A DNA stretch of 38,237 bases from a bacterium (GTDB taxonomy: Bacteria > Zhuqueibacterota > Zhuqueibacteria > Zhuqueibacterales > Zhuqueibacteraceae), in NCBI GenBank assembly GCA_044869275.1, contig JBIOXB010000249.1:1-38237 (forward strand), written 5' to 3'. The position numbers and the translations under genes are program-made. This document shows positions 1-9,500 of the stretch, one piece after another. The notes beneath the pieces are model-generated. The model ran no database searches. It saw only the letters and a list, made by a program, of their open reading frames with translations, and had not been told where the DNA came from. Positions within the stretch are counted from its first letter, which is position 1, and every line of letters starts with the position of its first letter.

Positions 1-253
1 TCATCTCCACCAGAGCATTCTTTGGCAGAACCTTGGCGCGGCGAGCCAGCGCGCGCGGCGAGAGACTTTCGGCGGCTTTGCGATAGGATGTGGAATTCTT
101 GCTCAAGCTCTGCGGTCCCTTGTCACGAAAAAATACCCATACTTTTTGTCGTTCGGCATTCGCAGCGCTTTGCGCAAAAATGAAAGTCTGGTTAATAATT
201 GCGGCAGTGAACATAAGGGCTATAAAAAAGAAGGGCGCGCCTCGATGCTGCAT
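1..253 (-). CDS. Secreted S8 (subtilisin-like) peptidase, N-terminal part, runs off the window edge
   Basis: Not in the ORF track. Manual translation gives MQHRGAPFFFIALMFTAAIINQTFIFAQSAANAERQKVWVFFRDKG...LSPRALARRAKV: a signal peptide plus a 'WVFFxDK...LSxRALxRR' propeptide as seen in FCB S8 proteases. The catalytic domain is outside the window. Confidence 0.7.
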   Translation of the reverse strand, partial: MQHRGAPFFFIALMFTAAIINQTFIFAQSAANAERQKVWVFFRDKGPQSLSKNSTSYRKAAESLSPRALARRAKVLPKNALVEM

Positions 254-454
254 GCGTTCACCTTTGCTGGTTAGATGTGAGCGTACTACTGAAACTACGA
301 CGTTGAAATTGTCTCGGATTTTCAAAGCAGAAAGTAGCGAAAATGACTCGAAAAATCAAGCGCATTTCCGAGCCGGACGCGGCGAAACTCGTACATGGAG
401 GACGGATTGGCAGTTAAACGCACGAAACGCAAAAGCGATTCCAATTTTTGCAAC

Positions 455-500
455 AAAAAACCTCGCGACTTCCAGGATGAAAAGACTGGAAATCCGAGGC
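455..500 (-). terminator. Probable intrinsic terminator after the receiver-domain gene
   Basis: On the minus strand, cctcg/ttccag...ctggaa/cgagg forms a stem followed by T6. Confidence 0.5.
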
Positions 501-540
501 TTCGTTTAAGCTGTGAAAATTCGAGTTGCCCGGCCGGGAT

Positions 541-963
541 TTACGCTTGCGCCTCGAAATCGGCGTCTTGAAAGGTGACGGTGATGGGCGGCGCGGAAAT
601 CAGCAGCCGATCGATGCGCTGCATCAGCTCGTCGCCGTCAATCAGATAATCCGCCCATTCATCGGCGCCATGCTGGCACAGCGCGCGGCCATGTGTTTCG
701 TTTTCCGCATGTCCGATCGCCAAAATGCGTAAACGGCTGTGTTTGTGCTTGATTTTTTCAATCAACTTTCCCGCGGATTTGCCATTGTGATTGAACCGGC
801 TGTGATGCGCGTCCAAGATCAGCAGTTGCGGGCGCTTGCGGCGAATCAGCCGCATCAAGGCAATTTCGTTTTCCGCGATCTCGATCCGGTAGCGCGGGCA
901 AAGAGCCAAATACATCCGCATCTGGGATTCCAGGTCGTCGTTCAGCATGATGATGCGATACAT
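541..963 (-). CDS. Single-domain (atypical) response-regulator receiver protein
   Basis: MYRIIMLNDD...RPQLLILDA...ALCQHGADEW follows the CheY fold pattern. ATG at 963 chosen over the TTG start. Confidence 0.7.
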   Translation of the reverse strand: MYRIIMLNDDLESQMRMYLALCPRYRIEIAENEIALMRLIRRKRPQLLILDAHHSRFNHNGKSAGKLIEKIKHKHSRLRILAIGHAENETHGRALCQHGADEWADYLIDGDELMQRIDRLLISAPPITVTFQDADFEAQA

Positions 964-1165
964 AGTTGCAGCCCAGGGTCTCAAATCGTCGATCTCTTCT
1001 TTCAAATTGTTGACGCTTGGCGTGTGGCGCGCTTGGGCGGTGAGGTATTGGCGCTGTACATCTGTTGCGCGGCGGTGACACTTTTTGCGAGTGCCCAGCG
1101 AGGTCAGCCGCTGATATCTTACCCAAAAAGTAGAAGCAAGCTGATGAAAATGCGGAAATAGACGC

Positions 1166-2011
1166 TTAGCGATCGAAGGTGGAAAGCGGGGTGTTCAGAA
1201 GCGTGGGAATTTGTACGTCTTCCTCGCAAAAGCGGAAAAAAACCCGCAGCCCGAAGGCAACGATAAGCAATGCGCCGATCAAAATTGCGGGATGCAGATG
1301 CCCGTTCCAATCGAGCATGCCATAGCCATGTTCCGGCGCGAAGTTGCTGAGCAGCACCGCGATGAAGTTGTTTTGCGCGTGCACGATCGCGCTCGGCACG
1401 ATGGAATCGCTTTTCCACGCCAAGATGCCGAGAAACATCGCGATAAACATCAATTGCATGATCCACCAGGGCAGGAGATGCGCAAAGCCGAAAAGCACGG
1501 CGGTGATGAAAATGGCAGACAGGGGACCATGACCCTGCTCGAATGCGTTTTGCACGAACCCGCGAAACAGCATTTCTTCGAACATGCCCGCACAGAGCAC
1601 TGCCGCCAGCAGAATAAAAATCCAATCCTGCGCGGTCTCTGCTTTCAAGGTTTGGCGCAAGGTCTGCTCCAATACCTCGGGGAAGGGCATGACAATATTG
1701 ACGAGCTGGTCGAGCTCGATCGCCAGTGCGGTAATCGCGAGCCCCAGAATAAAACTCATGGCCACGACACGCCTGCTCACGGCTTTCAACCGGAAGACGG
1801 TGCGGGTGTTGAAGCCATGCCGCCGCATGTAGATATAGGCCGGCAAGAGCAGAGCCAGCTCGCCGGCCAGCATCGCCCATTTTTGAAAAGCAAATTGTCC
1901 CAGCAAGCTGGCGAGCAAATAAAGCAGGATGGTCCACAACAACACCCGGACGACGCCGCCAAGAGCAGGGTATTTTTCGGAAGGGAGCTTGTGCTCTGCG
2001 TTGTTCTGCAT
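1166..2011 (-). CDS. CPBP/CAAX (Abi) family intramembrane metalloprotease
   Basis: Motifs EEMLFRG, FGFAH and HAQNN; multiple TM helices. ATG at 2011 lies just after the TrmH stop. Confidence 0.93.
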   Translation of the reverse strand: MQNNAEHKLPSEKYPALGGVVRVLLWTILLYLLASLLGQFAFQKWAMLAGELALLLPAYIYMRRHGFNTRTVFRLKAVSRRVVAMSFILGLAITALAIELDQLVNIVMPFPEVLEQTLRQTLKAETAQDWIFILLAAVLCAGMFEEMLFRGFVQNAFEQGHGPLSAIFITAVLFGFAHLLPWWIMQLMFIAMFLGILAWKSDSIVPSAIVHAQNNFIAVLLSNFAPEHGYGMLDWNGHLHPAILIGALLIVAFGLRVFFRFCEEDVQIPTLLNTPLSTFDR

Positions 2012-2012
2012 A

Positions 2013-2795
2013 TCAACGGCACATTTCTGCCAGCAAAATCGCCGCGGCAATAGCGACATTCAACGATTCGCCGCCGCCGCGCTGGGGAATGGTGATGCGG
2101 TGATGGATAATTTCTTTCACGCTCGGCGACAGGCCTTCGATCTCATCGCCCAGCACCAGCACTTTTTTCGAAGCAAAACGCAAGGTGGTATAAGGAAAAT
2201 CGCCGGTTTGATCGGCGCCGTAGAGCACGGCGCCGAACATTTGAAATTTGCGCAGCAACTCGGTGAATTCGGTGACGTCATGAATGGCCAGGCGGAAAAT
2301 GGAACCCATGCTGGAACGCACGACTTTGGGGTTGTAGACCTCCACGCAGTTCGGGCCGATGATCAAGCCGTCCACACCCATCCAATCCGCCGTGCGCAGG
2401 ATGGTGCCGAGGTTGCCAGGATCGTGCAGCTTCTCGATCGCCACCAACAAACAGCGTGGCGATTGCCGCAAATGCTCCAGCGGATCGCTTTCCGGGTGAC
2501 GGCGATGCACCACCGCGACCAGGCCCTGCGAATTGATGGTGTCTGAGATGTTGACAAAGTCGTCGACCGGGACCTCGGAGACCGGCAGCTGTTTTAGCTG
2601 GGCCAGCTTGAGAGCCTGGCGGGCGCGCAGGGAGTGCAGAAAGGAAGAGCAATAGACGATGTGTTCGATGGGCCAGCCAGATTGAATCGCTTCTTCGCAA
2701 AGACGGCCGCCTTCTGCCAAAAAGCAATTGGTCTCGGCGCGATATTTTTTTTGCGTCAGGCGAGTAATCGACTTGATGTCGTTTTTGGTTAGCAT
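2013..2795 (-). CDS. TrmH/SpoU family RNA 2'-O-methyltransferase
   Basis: SPOUT motifs DPGNLGTILRTA, KVVRSSMG, LGDEIEGL and ESLNVAIAA. Confidence 0.95.
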   Translation of the reverse strand: MLTKNDIKSITRLTQKKYRAETNCFLAEGGRLCEEAIQSGWPIEHIVYCSSFLHSLRARQALKLAQLKQLPVSEVPVDDFVNISDTINSQGLVAVVHRRHPESDPLEHLRQSPRCLLVAIEKLHDPGNLGTILRTADWMGVDGLIIGPNCVEVYNPKVVRSSMGSIFRLAIHDVTEFTELLRKFQMFGAVLYGADQTGDFPYTTLRFASKKVLVLGDEIEGLSPSVKEIIHHRITIPQRGGGESLNVAIAAAILLAEMCR

Positions 2796-2828
2796 GGGAG
2801 CAACAGAGTCCGCGTCCTCTGAACCTCG

Positions 2829-3299
2829 TCAAATGTCGTGATACTTGTCTTCCTCGCGGCTGATCGCGCCGAAAGCGTCGGCGGCATTGGCGGCCGTGGC
2901 GAGGCGCTGGCGGAAATCGGGTTTGTGCACCAGGCGGGAAATGCGGCTCAAGGCCTTCAAATGCGGGCCGGTTTGGTGCGGCGGCCCGACCAGGAGCCAC
3001 ACCAGGGTGACCGGCTTGTCATCAATCGCGTCGAACTCCACCGGCGCATGCGCGATGCCCAGCGCGGCCACGATCTCCGGGGCGGCTTCGGCTTTGCCGT
3101 GCGGAATGGCGACACCGTCACCCACACCCGTGCTCATCACCGCTTCACGATCGAGTATGGCCTTGAGGACTTCGTCTTTGTTTTTGATGCGTCGTGCTGT
3201 GACCAGCATCTCGACCATCTCTTCGATGACTTGTCGTTTCTCCCGGCTCGCGAGCGGAACTTTGATGAGTTCTTCCGAGAGAATATCTTTCAACTTCAT
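2829..3299 (-). CDS. PTS EIIA component (Fru/Ntr-type, PtsN-like), stand-alone
   Basis: REAVMSTGVGDGVAIPHG (phospho-His), FDAIDDKPV and HLKALSRISRL; SD gaaggag upstream of ATG 3299. Confidence 0.93.
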   Translation of the reverse strand: MKLKDILSEELIKVPLASREKRQVIEEMVEMLVTARRIKNKDEVLKAILDREAVMSTGVGDGVAIPHGKAEAAPEIVAALGIAHAPVEFDAIDDKPVTLVWLLVGPPHQTGPHLKALSRISRLVHKPDFRQRLATAANAADAFGAISREEDKYHDI

Positions 3300-3543
3300 T
3301 GAAATTCTTTCTCCTTCACAGTACGGCTTGTCCGCGCGCAACATCTCTCCTCCTGAGCTGAGCATTCATGGGACTGGCGTCGGGTTGAGCAAGAGGAAGT
3401 GGCCGGCCGTCGTGGGGGGCATTCCTGGTTTGAGCCAAGGGCGCAGCAGCCCGAGGCTCTTATCGTTTCATCCTTTGCAGACGGCAGTCATCGTCAGGTC
3501 TGCGGCGGGCAATTTATCCTCAGAAAGGATAGCCGATTGAAGC
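3300..3543 (-). ncRNA. Candidate structured 5' leader / cis-regulatory RNA of the EIIA gene
   Basis: Several stems (tatcct/aggata, gcagac/gtctgc, gagcc-gggc/gccc-ggctc, ctttctgag/ctcaggagg). The 5' end cttca..cggct pairs with agccg..tgaag, which overlaps the SD. Confidence 0.4.
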
Positions 3544-3549
3544 GCGTCA

Positions 3550-3578
3550 AATTTAGAACGGTTAAGGCAATTTTGCAA
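3550..3578 (-). promoter_or_regulatory. Sigma70-type promoter TTGCAA-N17-TAAATT
   Basis: Direct reading; 17-nt spacer; predicted start near 3543. Confidence 0.55.
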
Positions 3579-3579
3579 A

Positions 3580-6243
3580 TCATTTTTCACGGTGAGCTTT
3601 CTCCTGCACGCTGCTTCCTGCTTCACGGTTTTTCGGCCGCTCCTGTCGCCAGCCCAGTCCGAGGCACGATAAAGCCACCAGTAATGCGCTGATACTGGCC
3701 GTGGCGCCGAGTGTAAAGGCGGAGGAGGAGTAACGGAATTCCACCACATGTTTGCCGGACGGAATTTCAACCGCGCTAAAGGCGTGATTGGCGCGCAAAG
3801 TTTTCACAGGTTGGCCGTCGATAAAAGCTGTCCAGCAGATTGGGTAGTAATTATCGCTCAACACCAATATTTGCGGAAATTGGCAGGCGGTTTCGACAAT
3901 TATTTCATGCAACCCATAGCGCTTGATTTCAGACTGCGCCGTCGTATCCGGCAGCGGCGCCGTGGCTGGTTTATCCGATAACAGCACGGTACGATGCGGA
4001 TCGAAATCGCCGGCGCGCAGGCGCCGCAGAATCTCTTGGTCACTTGCCACATGCTCGTATTGTCCCACCAAATACGCGCGCGGGAGCACCGACATGTTCT
4101 CGTAAATCAGCAGAGGCCGTGCGTTGCCCCCCTGCTCATAGGTGACGGGTTTGCGAATCTCCCAGCCCAGTTCGGGCAGCGGATAAAATGAAAGAATGTA
4201 TTTCACGTTCAACAAATCCAGCAGCCGGCGATTGGCGCGATGCCGCTCTGGCGGCAGCTCTTCGGGCGCCAGCGCTTGCAGCGCGCGCCTGCCATTTTGA
4301 TTGACGCCGCGGAAGTAGTCATTCACAAAACCAGTCTGCAATTGCGTCGCGTCGAGCACATCCTGATAGCGCCGCGGCTTGGCGGGATGATAACCGCCCA
4401 CGCTGGCGAGGGCTTGTGCGGACCAGCGCAGCTCGCCGAACAATTCCGCCACCGGAAAAATGCGAAACACGCCTTTATCTTCCTGCAGGAAACGCGTGGC
4501 TTCATCAGGCTGCAGCAAAGCGGAAATATTTTTCCGCGGCACCGGGGCCTCGCCGATTCTTTTGTCGACGATCCAAAGATCGAGCACAGTCAAGAACGTA
4601 ATGGCCACGGCCGCGGCCGTGGTGGAAATTTTTTTCGAATACGCCAGCGCCAGCATGCTCAGGCCCGTGCACAGTATCAATCCCACCAGCCACAGGTCCG
4701 CCAGCAGTTTGTTGAAGCGCATGGTATCGAGCTGCAATTGTGTCGGCGCTTCATAAAGGTCGGGATAGAACCCGCGCATCAATTCAAAAAAGGGGCTGCG
4801 CCCGAAAGTGAACAACAGCATGACGCCGAAGACCGCCAGCGCCGCCGTCCACAGCCGCTTGGCCAAAGCCGCGTGGCGCGCGCCGGTTTCGCGATCGACC
4901 TTTTCCGTGAGCGGCTGCAGCAAAGCCTGCAATCCGAGCCCGGCGAGAATCGCAACGGAGCATTGTACCAGAATCAAAATCATCACCGGCACGCGAAATT
5001 TGTTGAAGTAGGGAAAATAGTTATAAAAGATTTTGTAGAACCAGGCAAAGTGGTTTCCGAAAGAAATCAGCAACGCCAGCAGAATGGCCGTGCCGAAGAA
5101 TCCCGCCAACGGCACGCGCTTAACCAGGGCCACCACGGCGAGCGCCAGCACGAGAATGCCCATGTAATTGGGATAATCCGTGAATGGCATGTTGCCCCAA
5201 TACGTGAAGCCGCCGAAGCCGTAAAAAGAAGGAAGGACGAAAGTCATCATCTCGCCCGGCGAGAACGACCATTGTGTGGCATAATCGAATCCCACGCCCG
5301 TGCCGGTGTTTTCCGCCGCGGCTTCCAGCGCCGGAGCCGAGCCGCGAATCGAATACGGCGTGTATTCTTGCACCGGCAAGTACAGGATGGCGGCAAGCGC
5401 AAAGGCCAGGATCACAGCGCCGGAAAAACCTCCGATTAATGGCAGTATTCTGTTGTTCTCCTTCCGCCGCAGCGCCAGCAAGAGGTGGTAAAGAAAATAG
5501 AGGCCGAGCAGCATCAATCCGTAATAGGCTATTTGCACATGCCCGCGTTGCAGCATAAATCCCATCACCAAACCGGCGGCACCGAGATTGAGCAAAGATA
5601 ATTTTTCGAACAAACGATCAACGGACCAAAGCGCAAGCGGAAGATAGGCGGCCGTCATCAGCTGCGTACCGTGGCCAAAAACGGTCATGGTGATCATGTA
5701 AGGCGTGAGCATGAAAGCTAGGCCGCCGGTGAGCGCCGGCCAGAGGCCGGCGCCTTTGCGGCGGAGAAACAGGAAAAGACCCAAACCTGCCAGCGCATAA
5801 TACAATCCCGGAAACACTGCTGCTCCCAGAATGCCTCCCAGGGGCGCCAAAACGACACCGGGGAAGTAAGAGTAGGGCGCGTAAAGCAGACTACCGGCGG
5901 TGGGCATGCCGGCAAAGAGGTATGGTACCCATTGCGGCAATATGCCCTCCTGCTCGTGCGCTTTGATCAAAGGCGCGGTAATCGCAGCCGGCGCTTGCGC
6001 ATCCGGAGAGGTATAAGTCTTGCCGGCAAAGATGATCTCAAAGAAGAAAATGAAACTGATCGCCGTCAAAACGCCGAACACCGTGAGCACCGGATGTTTC
6101 GCCATCCAGGCTGCAACACCCTTGCGGGAAGGCTGGGATTTGCCCAGCGCCGGCGTAGCGAGGGGGGAAGGTTTATGCTGGACTGCGCCAGCATGCGGTT
6201 TCTGAGTCTTTTTTTTAGCCATTGGTTTTTTCATTTGGTTCAA
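3580..6243 (-). CDS. YfhO-family polytopic membrane protein (GT-C type glycosyltransferase)
   Basis: PQWVPYLFAGMP, GHVQIAYY, YWGNMPFTDYPNYMG, FNKFRVP, DLLNVKYI and the C-terminal 'LVLSDNYYP..WTAFIDG....LRANHAFSAVEIPSGKHVVEFRY' are typical of YfhO. Confidence 0.88.
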   Translation of the reverse strand: MNQMKKPMAKKKTQKPHAGAVQHKPSPLATPALGKSQPSRKGVAAWMAKHPVLTVFGVLTAISFIFFFEIIFAGKTYTSPDAQAPAAITAPLIKAHEQEGILPQWVPYLFAGMPTAGSLLYAPYSYFPGVVLAPLGGILGAAVFPGLYYALAGLGLFLFLRRKGAGLWPALTGGLAFMLTPYMITMTVFGHGTQLMTAAYLPLALWSVDRLFEKLSLLNLGAAGLVMGFMLQRGHVQIAYYGLMLLGLYFLYHLLLALRRKENNRILPLIGGFSGAVILAFALAAILYLPVQEYTPYSIRGSAPALEAAAENTGTGVGFDYATQWSFSPGEMMTFVLPSFYGFGGFTYWGNMPFTDYPNYMGILVLALAVVALVKRVPLAGFFGTAILLALLISFGNHFAWFYKIFYNYFPYFNKFRVPVMILILVQCSVAILAGLGLQALLQPLTEKVDRETGARHAALAKRLWTAALAVFGVMLLFTFGRSPFFELMRGFYPDLYEAPTQLQLDTMRFNKLLADLWLVGLILCTGLSMLALAYSKKISTTAAAVAITFLTVLDLWIVDKRIGEAPVPRKNISALLQPDEATRFLQEDKGVFRIFPVAELFGELRWSAQALASVGGYHPAKPRRYQDVLDATQLQTGFVNDYFRGVNQNGRRALQALAPEELPPERHRANRRLLDLLNVKYILSFYPLPELGWEIRKPVTYEQGGNARPLLIYENMSVLPRAYLVGQYEHVASDQEILRRLRAGDFDPHRTVLLSDKPATAPLPDTTAQSEIKRYGLHEIIVETACQFPQILVLSDNYYPICWTAFIDGQPVKTLRANHAFSAVEIPSGKHVVEFRYSSSAFTLGATASISALLVALSCLGLGWRQERPKNREAGSSVQEKAHREK

Positions 6244-6272
6244 AACGAGAAAAAGAATGCCTCAGCCATTCC

Positions 6273-7400
6273 TCATGTTTTTGCCAGGTCTTGAATCAGC
6301 GCACCGAACCGGTTGGCACTCACCTTCCAATCATTGGCGGCGGCCAGTTGCCGGCGGCGGCCGACATGTTCATGGGCAACGGCGACGGCTTCGTCGATCC
6401 GGCGCACAAAAGTATCATGATCGTTTGCCAGAAAGATCTCGCCCTGATGGGCATTCACTTCCGGAGATACATCCACACTGACGACCGCTTTGCCGGCCGC
6501 GAGATATTCATACAGCTTATTGGGATTCAGCACCGCGGTCAAAGCATTTTTTACGAACGGCATCAAACACACCTCCGCGGCGGCAAGATACTGCGCAATG
6601 CGATCGTGGCTGATCTCTCCCAGAAAGCGGGTGTTCGATTTTTGCAGAAGCCGGTCAAGCGCCGGACGTACCCCCGGCGCCACTGGACCAATCAGCACCA
6701 AAGATTTGTCGGGATGGGCTTCGGCCACGCGCTGCAGCAATGGCATGTCGATCCATTCCGAGAGCGCGCCCAGATACATCAGGATCGGCCGCGGCAAGCT
6801 CTGCAAGGCTTCCGGCGTCCCCGCGCAAGTCTGCAGGAAGAGGCTGGTATCCACGCCGTTGCCGATGACGACCACTTTGCCCTGGTGTTCGCGGGGAACG
6901 TTTTGGGCGAGCGCCTGCGAGCAGCACACGATGCGGTCCGCGCGCCGGCACAGGGACCCATAATAGCGCCTGGCCCATGGCGGCGTCATGGGAAAGGCCA
7001 AATGATCGTCATTGCGATCGTAGATCACCGGAATTTTTCTGAACAACAGCCGGAGCAGCGGAGCGTAATAGATATTGGAAACCACCAGCACCTGAGGCCG
7101 GCGAAATCCACTGGCTTGCAGGACGAACCACAGCCAGCAGGCATTGGCGATGATCACCGCGGCTCGTACCGGCGCGAAGCTCAAAAACTTTTGCAGCCAT
7201 GCTTGTGGAAAGTTCTTGAAATAAGGCACGGTAATGTACGAGACGTTGTTTTCATGCCGGCGGGTGAAGCGGTTTTCCCGGCCAACGGCGTAAGGTTCCA
7301 CAAAAAGAATCTGCCAATCTTGGGGGAAGCGCCGGACGAGCTGCTGTTTGCGTGTGCGCAGGTATCGCCATTTGAGCTCGCTTAAGAAGATGATCTTCAT
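6273..7400 (-). CDS. GT4 (GT-B) glycosyltransferase, TuaH-like
   Basis: IYDRNDDH, VIGNGVD, YLGALSEWID and NPNKLYEYLAAGKAVVS. Confidence 0.92.
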   Translation of the reverse strand: MKIIFLSELKWRYLRTRKQQLVRRFPQDWQILFVEPYAVGRENRFTRRHENNVSYITVPYFKNFPQAWLQKFLSFAPVRAAVIIANACWLWFVLQASGFRRPQVLVVSNIYYAPLLRLLFRKIPVIYDRNDDHLAFPMTPPWARRYYGSLCRRADRIVCCSQALAQNVPREHQGKVVVIGNGVDTSLFLQTCAGTPEALQSLPRPILMYLGALSEWIDMPLLQRVAEAHPDKSLVLIGPVAPGVRPALDRLLQKSNTRFLGEISHDRIAQYLAAAEVCLMPFVKNALTAVLNPNKLYEYLAAGKAVVSVDVSPEVNAHQGEIFLANDHDTFVRRIDEAVAVAHEHVGRRRQLAAANDWKVSANRFGALIQDLAKT

Positions 7401-7406
7401 GAGAGA

Positions 7407-8204
7407 TTAGTGCCCAGGTTTTCTGCATATCATCATTTCCGTGGTCGGGCTCTCCTTCATGAAGAAAACACAGATCAACTCAACCGGATACAACGTCGCT
7501 CCGGCGAGAAAGCCTGCAAGCTCATGTACAGCAATTCCTTTTGTCAATATTCGCCAGAAAGATTTTAGCATCCGGCTATTGGAATCAACGGGGTTGTTCA
7601 TCAAGAACAGCATGGGCACTCTTTTTACAATCTCGAAGCCCACGGCGTCGAGTGTTTGGACAATACCGTCGAGCGGCCGGCTCACCTGATAAGTTGCAGT
7701 TATCGCCTCCCCGTGAATAAAGTTGTCGGAAAAAACGAAGAGCCCGCCGGGTTTCAACAGGGAATAAATATTCCTGATTGCGGTTTCGAATTGTACCTCA
7801 TCGACAATATGAAAGAGAACGTCAAGAGCAGAGACAATGTCAAACTCGTGTTTTGGCAGCTTGGTTACCTCCCTCCCAATGTCCAATTGATGGAACTCAT
7901 CATCGGGATACTTTTTTTGCAGCTCTTCTATCGCAACATTGGTGAGATCCGTTCCGATCACTTTTCTGGCACCAAGCCGCTTCCAACACTCGACATAAAA
8001 GCCGCTTCCCGAGCCGACGTCCAGAACTTTGACACTGTCAAAGTTTATCCCCATGGATCTCATGCGACTAAAAAGCACTCGCTTTCTGACTCTATAAAGC
8101 CAGTCATTGTATTTTTTTCCCAAACCGATGTAGCCTGTTCCATGCAAGCCAAAATTATCTTTGAGCCGCGTTTCCCAGTAATTTTTTGGATCAAAACCCT
8201 TCAT
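7407..8204 (-). CDS. Class I SAM-dependent methyltransferase
   Basis: VLDVGSGSG, FDIVSALDVLFHI and LLKPGG. Start placed at MKGFDPKNYW. Confidence 0.9.
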   Translation of the reverse strand: MKGFDPKNYWETRLKDNFGLHGTGYIGLGKKYNDWLYRVRKRVLFSRMRSMGINFDSVKVLDVGSGSGFYVECWKRLGARKVIGTDLTNVAIEELQKKYPDDEFHQLDIGREVTKLPKHEFDIVSALDVLFHIVDEVQFETAIRNIYSLLKPGGLFVFSDNFIHGEAITATYQVSRPLDGIVQTLDAVGFEIVKRVPMLFLMNNPVDSNSRMLKSFWRILTKGIAVHELAGFLAGATLYPVELICVFFMKESPTTEMMICRKPGH

Positions 8205-8279
8205 CTTTTCTGTCTCACAAGTTCTGGTGTGCATCCAGCTTTCATATCAAATCCAATGTTGATCGCACGGCAGCGAGGC

Positions 8280-9500
8280 TCAGTTTGATGCCGTTTTTGA
8301 GGGAACCAGGCGGTGATAAAGCTGTAAGAAGCATCGCGCGCGTTCGGCCCAAGTATGTGTATGAGCATAGGCCACCAAATTCTGTACATTCCATGTTTTG
8401 TTGAGTGCCGCGCGCATGGCAAGTGCCAAGGCCTCAGAGTCGGCGGGTGGGACCAAGATGCCAAGCTCGGGAGAAGTTAAAATCTCTTGAACTCCACCTA
8501 CCCGGCTGGCAATCGCCGGCGTGCCACAGGCCAGGGCCTCTAAGATCACCAAGCCGTAACCCTCGCTCAAACTTGGAAGCAGGAGAAATTCGGCTGCGGA
8601 CATCCAAAACGGCATTTCTGCATAAGGCCTCTGGCCGGCCCATATGATTTGCCGGCCGATTGTCAATTGCTCTGCTTGGCGCTTTAATGCCATTTCCAAT
8701 ACGCCGCTGCCAATCATGACGAGCGTTGCTGGTGCAACGCGGGTGGAGGACTCCTGTTCAAGGAAGCGGGCAAAAGCGTTTAGCAAGAATTCGAGCCCTT
8801 TGACTTGAACCAAATTTCCCACAAAAAGAAAGCAAACGCCAGTCTGCGGCAGTTGAAGTTGCCGGCGTAGGTCAAATTTTTTCCCGCGAGGGTAGAAAAA
8901 CGTTTCCCGAATACCATTGGGGATAACCGTGATGTTCCGGTCGGGGACACCCAAGCCCGAAACTTTGTTTTTGAGATCTTCGCTGACCACAGTCACGGCG
9001 GCAGCATGCCTAAGCCCCCAAATTGTCATGCGCGCAGCCACAACAGTTCTTGGATGACGCCGGGTGTAGACATTGATGTCGCTCCCGTGCGCCGTTATGA
9101 TGACGGGGAGGCCGAATCGTTTGCCGGCAGAGACTGCAGCGAATCCTGCAATATAAGCAAAATGAGCGTGAATTAAATCAAATCTTCCTTTTTGTTGGAT
9201 AAGAAAACGCCTCAGCACACTCCGAGCTTGCAGACTATTGACATATTTGCTCAATTCGGGGATCGTGCGGTAATGCAGATAATAGACCTCGACGCCTTCT
9301 CCCAATTCTGGCATGCAGCAAGGCCCAAAGGATTTGTTCGCATGTGGTGAACGTTGAGCGCGATAACGCGGCAAATTGGGTGCATGCGGCACCAATACAG
9401 CAACTGTAACAGAAACGAACGGGGCTACGGCTTTTATTTGTTCAAAGACAAAGGAGCCCGAAGCAGGTGGCCAAAGCTCGGATACCGCTAAGATCTTCAT
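8280..9500 (-). CDS. GT4 glycosyltransferase, TuaC-like
   Basis: DLIHAHF, ITAHGSDI, VIPNG, FVGNLVQVKG and EGYGLVILEALACGTP. ATG 9500 overlaps the upstream stop. Confidence 0.93.
   Translation of the reverse strand: MKILAVSELWPPASGSFVFEQIKAVAPFVSVTVAVLVPHAPNLPRYRAQRSPHANKSFGPCCMPELGEGVEVYYLHYRTIPELSKYVNSLQARSVLRRFLIQQKGRFDLIHAHFAYIAGFAAVSAGKRFGLPVIITAHGSDINVYTRRHPRTVVAARMTIWGLRHAAAVTVVSEDLKNKVSGLGVPDRNITVIPNGIRETFFYPRGKKFDLRRQLQLPQTGVCFLFVGNLVQVKGLEFLLNAFARFLEQESSTRVAPATLVMIGSGVLEMALKRQAEQLTIGRQIIWAGQRPYAEMPFWMSAAEFLLLPSLSEGYGLVILEALACGTPAIASRVGGVQEILTSPELGILVPPADSEALALAMRAALNKTWNVQNLVAYAHTHTWAERARCFLQLYHRLVPSKTASN

Noticed and set aside
90..509. 139-aa + strand ORF
   Set aside because: It overlaps the better-supported minus-strand S8 peptidase start and a terminator.
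3464..3497. Hammerhead-like core CUGACGA...GAAAC on the minus strand
   Set aside because: The intervening sequence does not form stem II, and no matching stem III/GUH cleavage site was found.
4240..5439. 399-aa + strand ORF (likewise 6222-7385, 13254-14399, 19594-20733, 30135-31394, 34803-36020)
   Set aside because: Antisense shadows of well-supported genes in GC-rich DNA; no motifs recognised.
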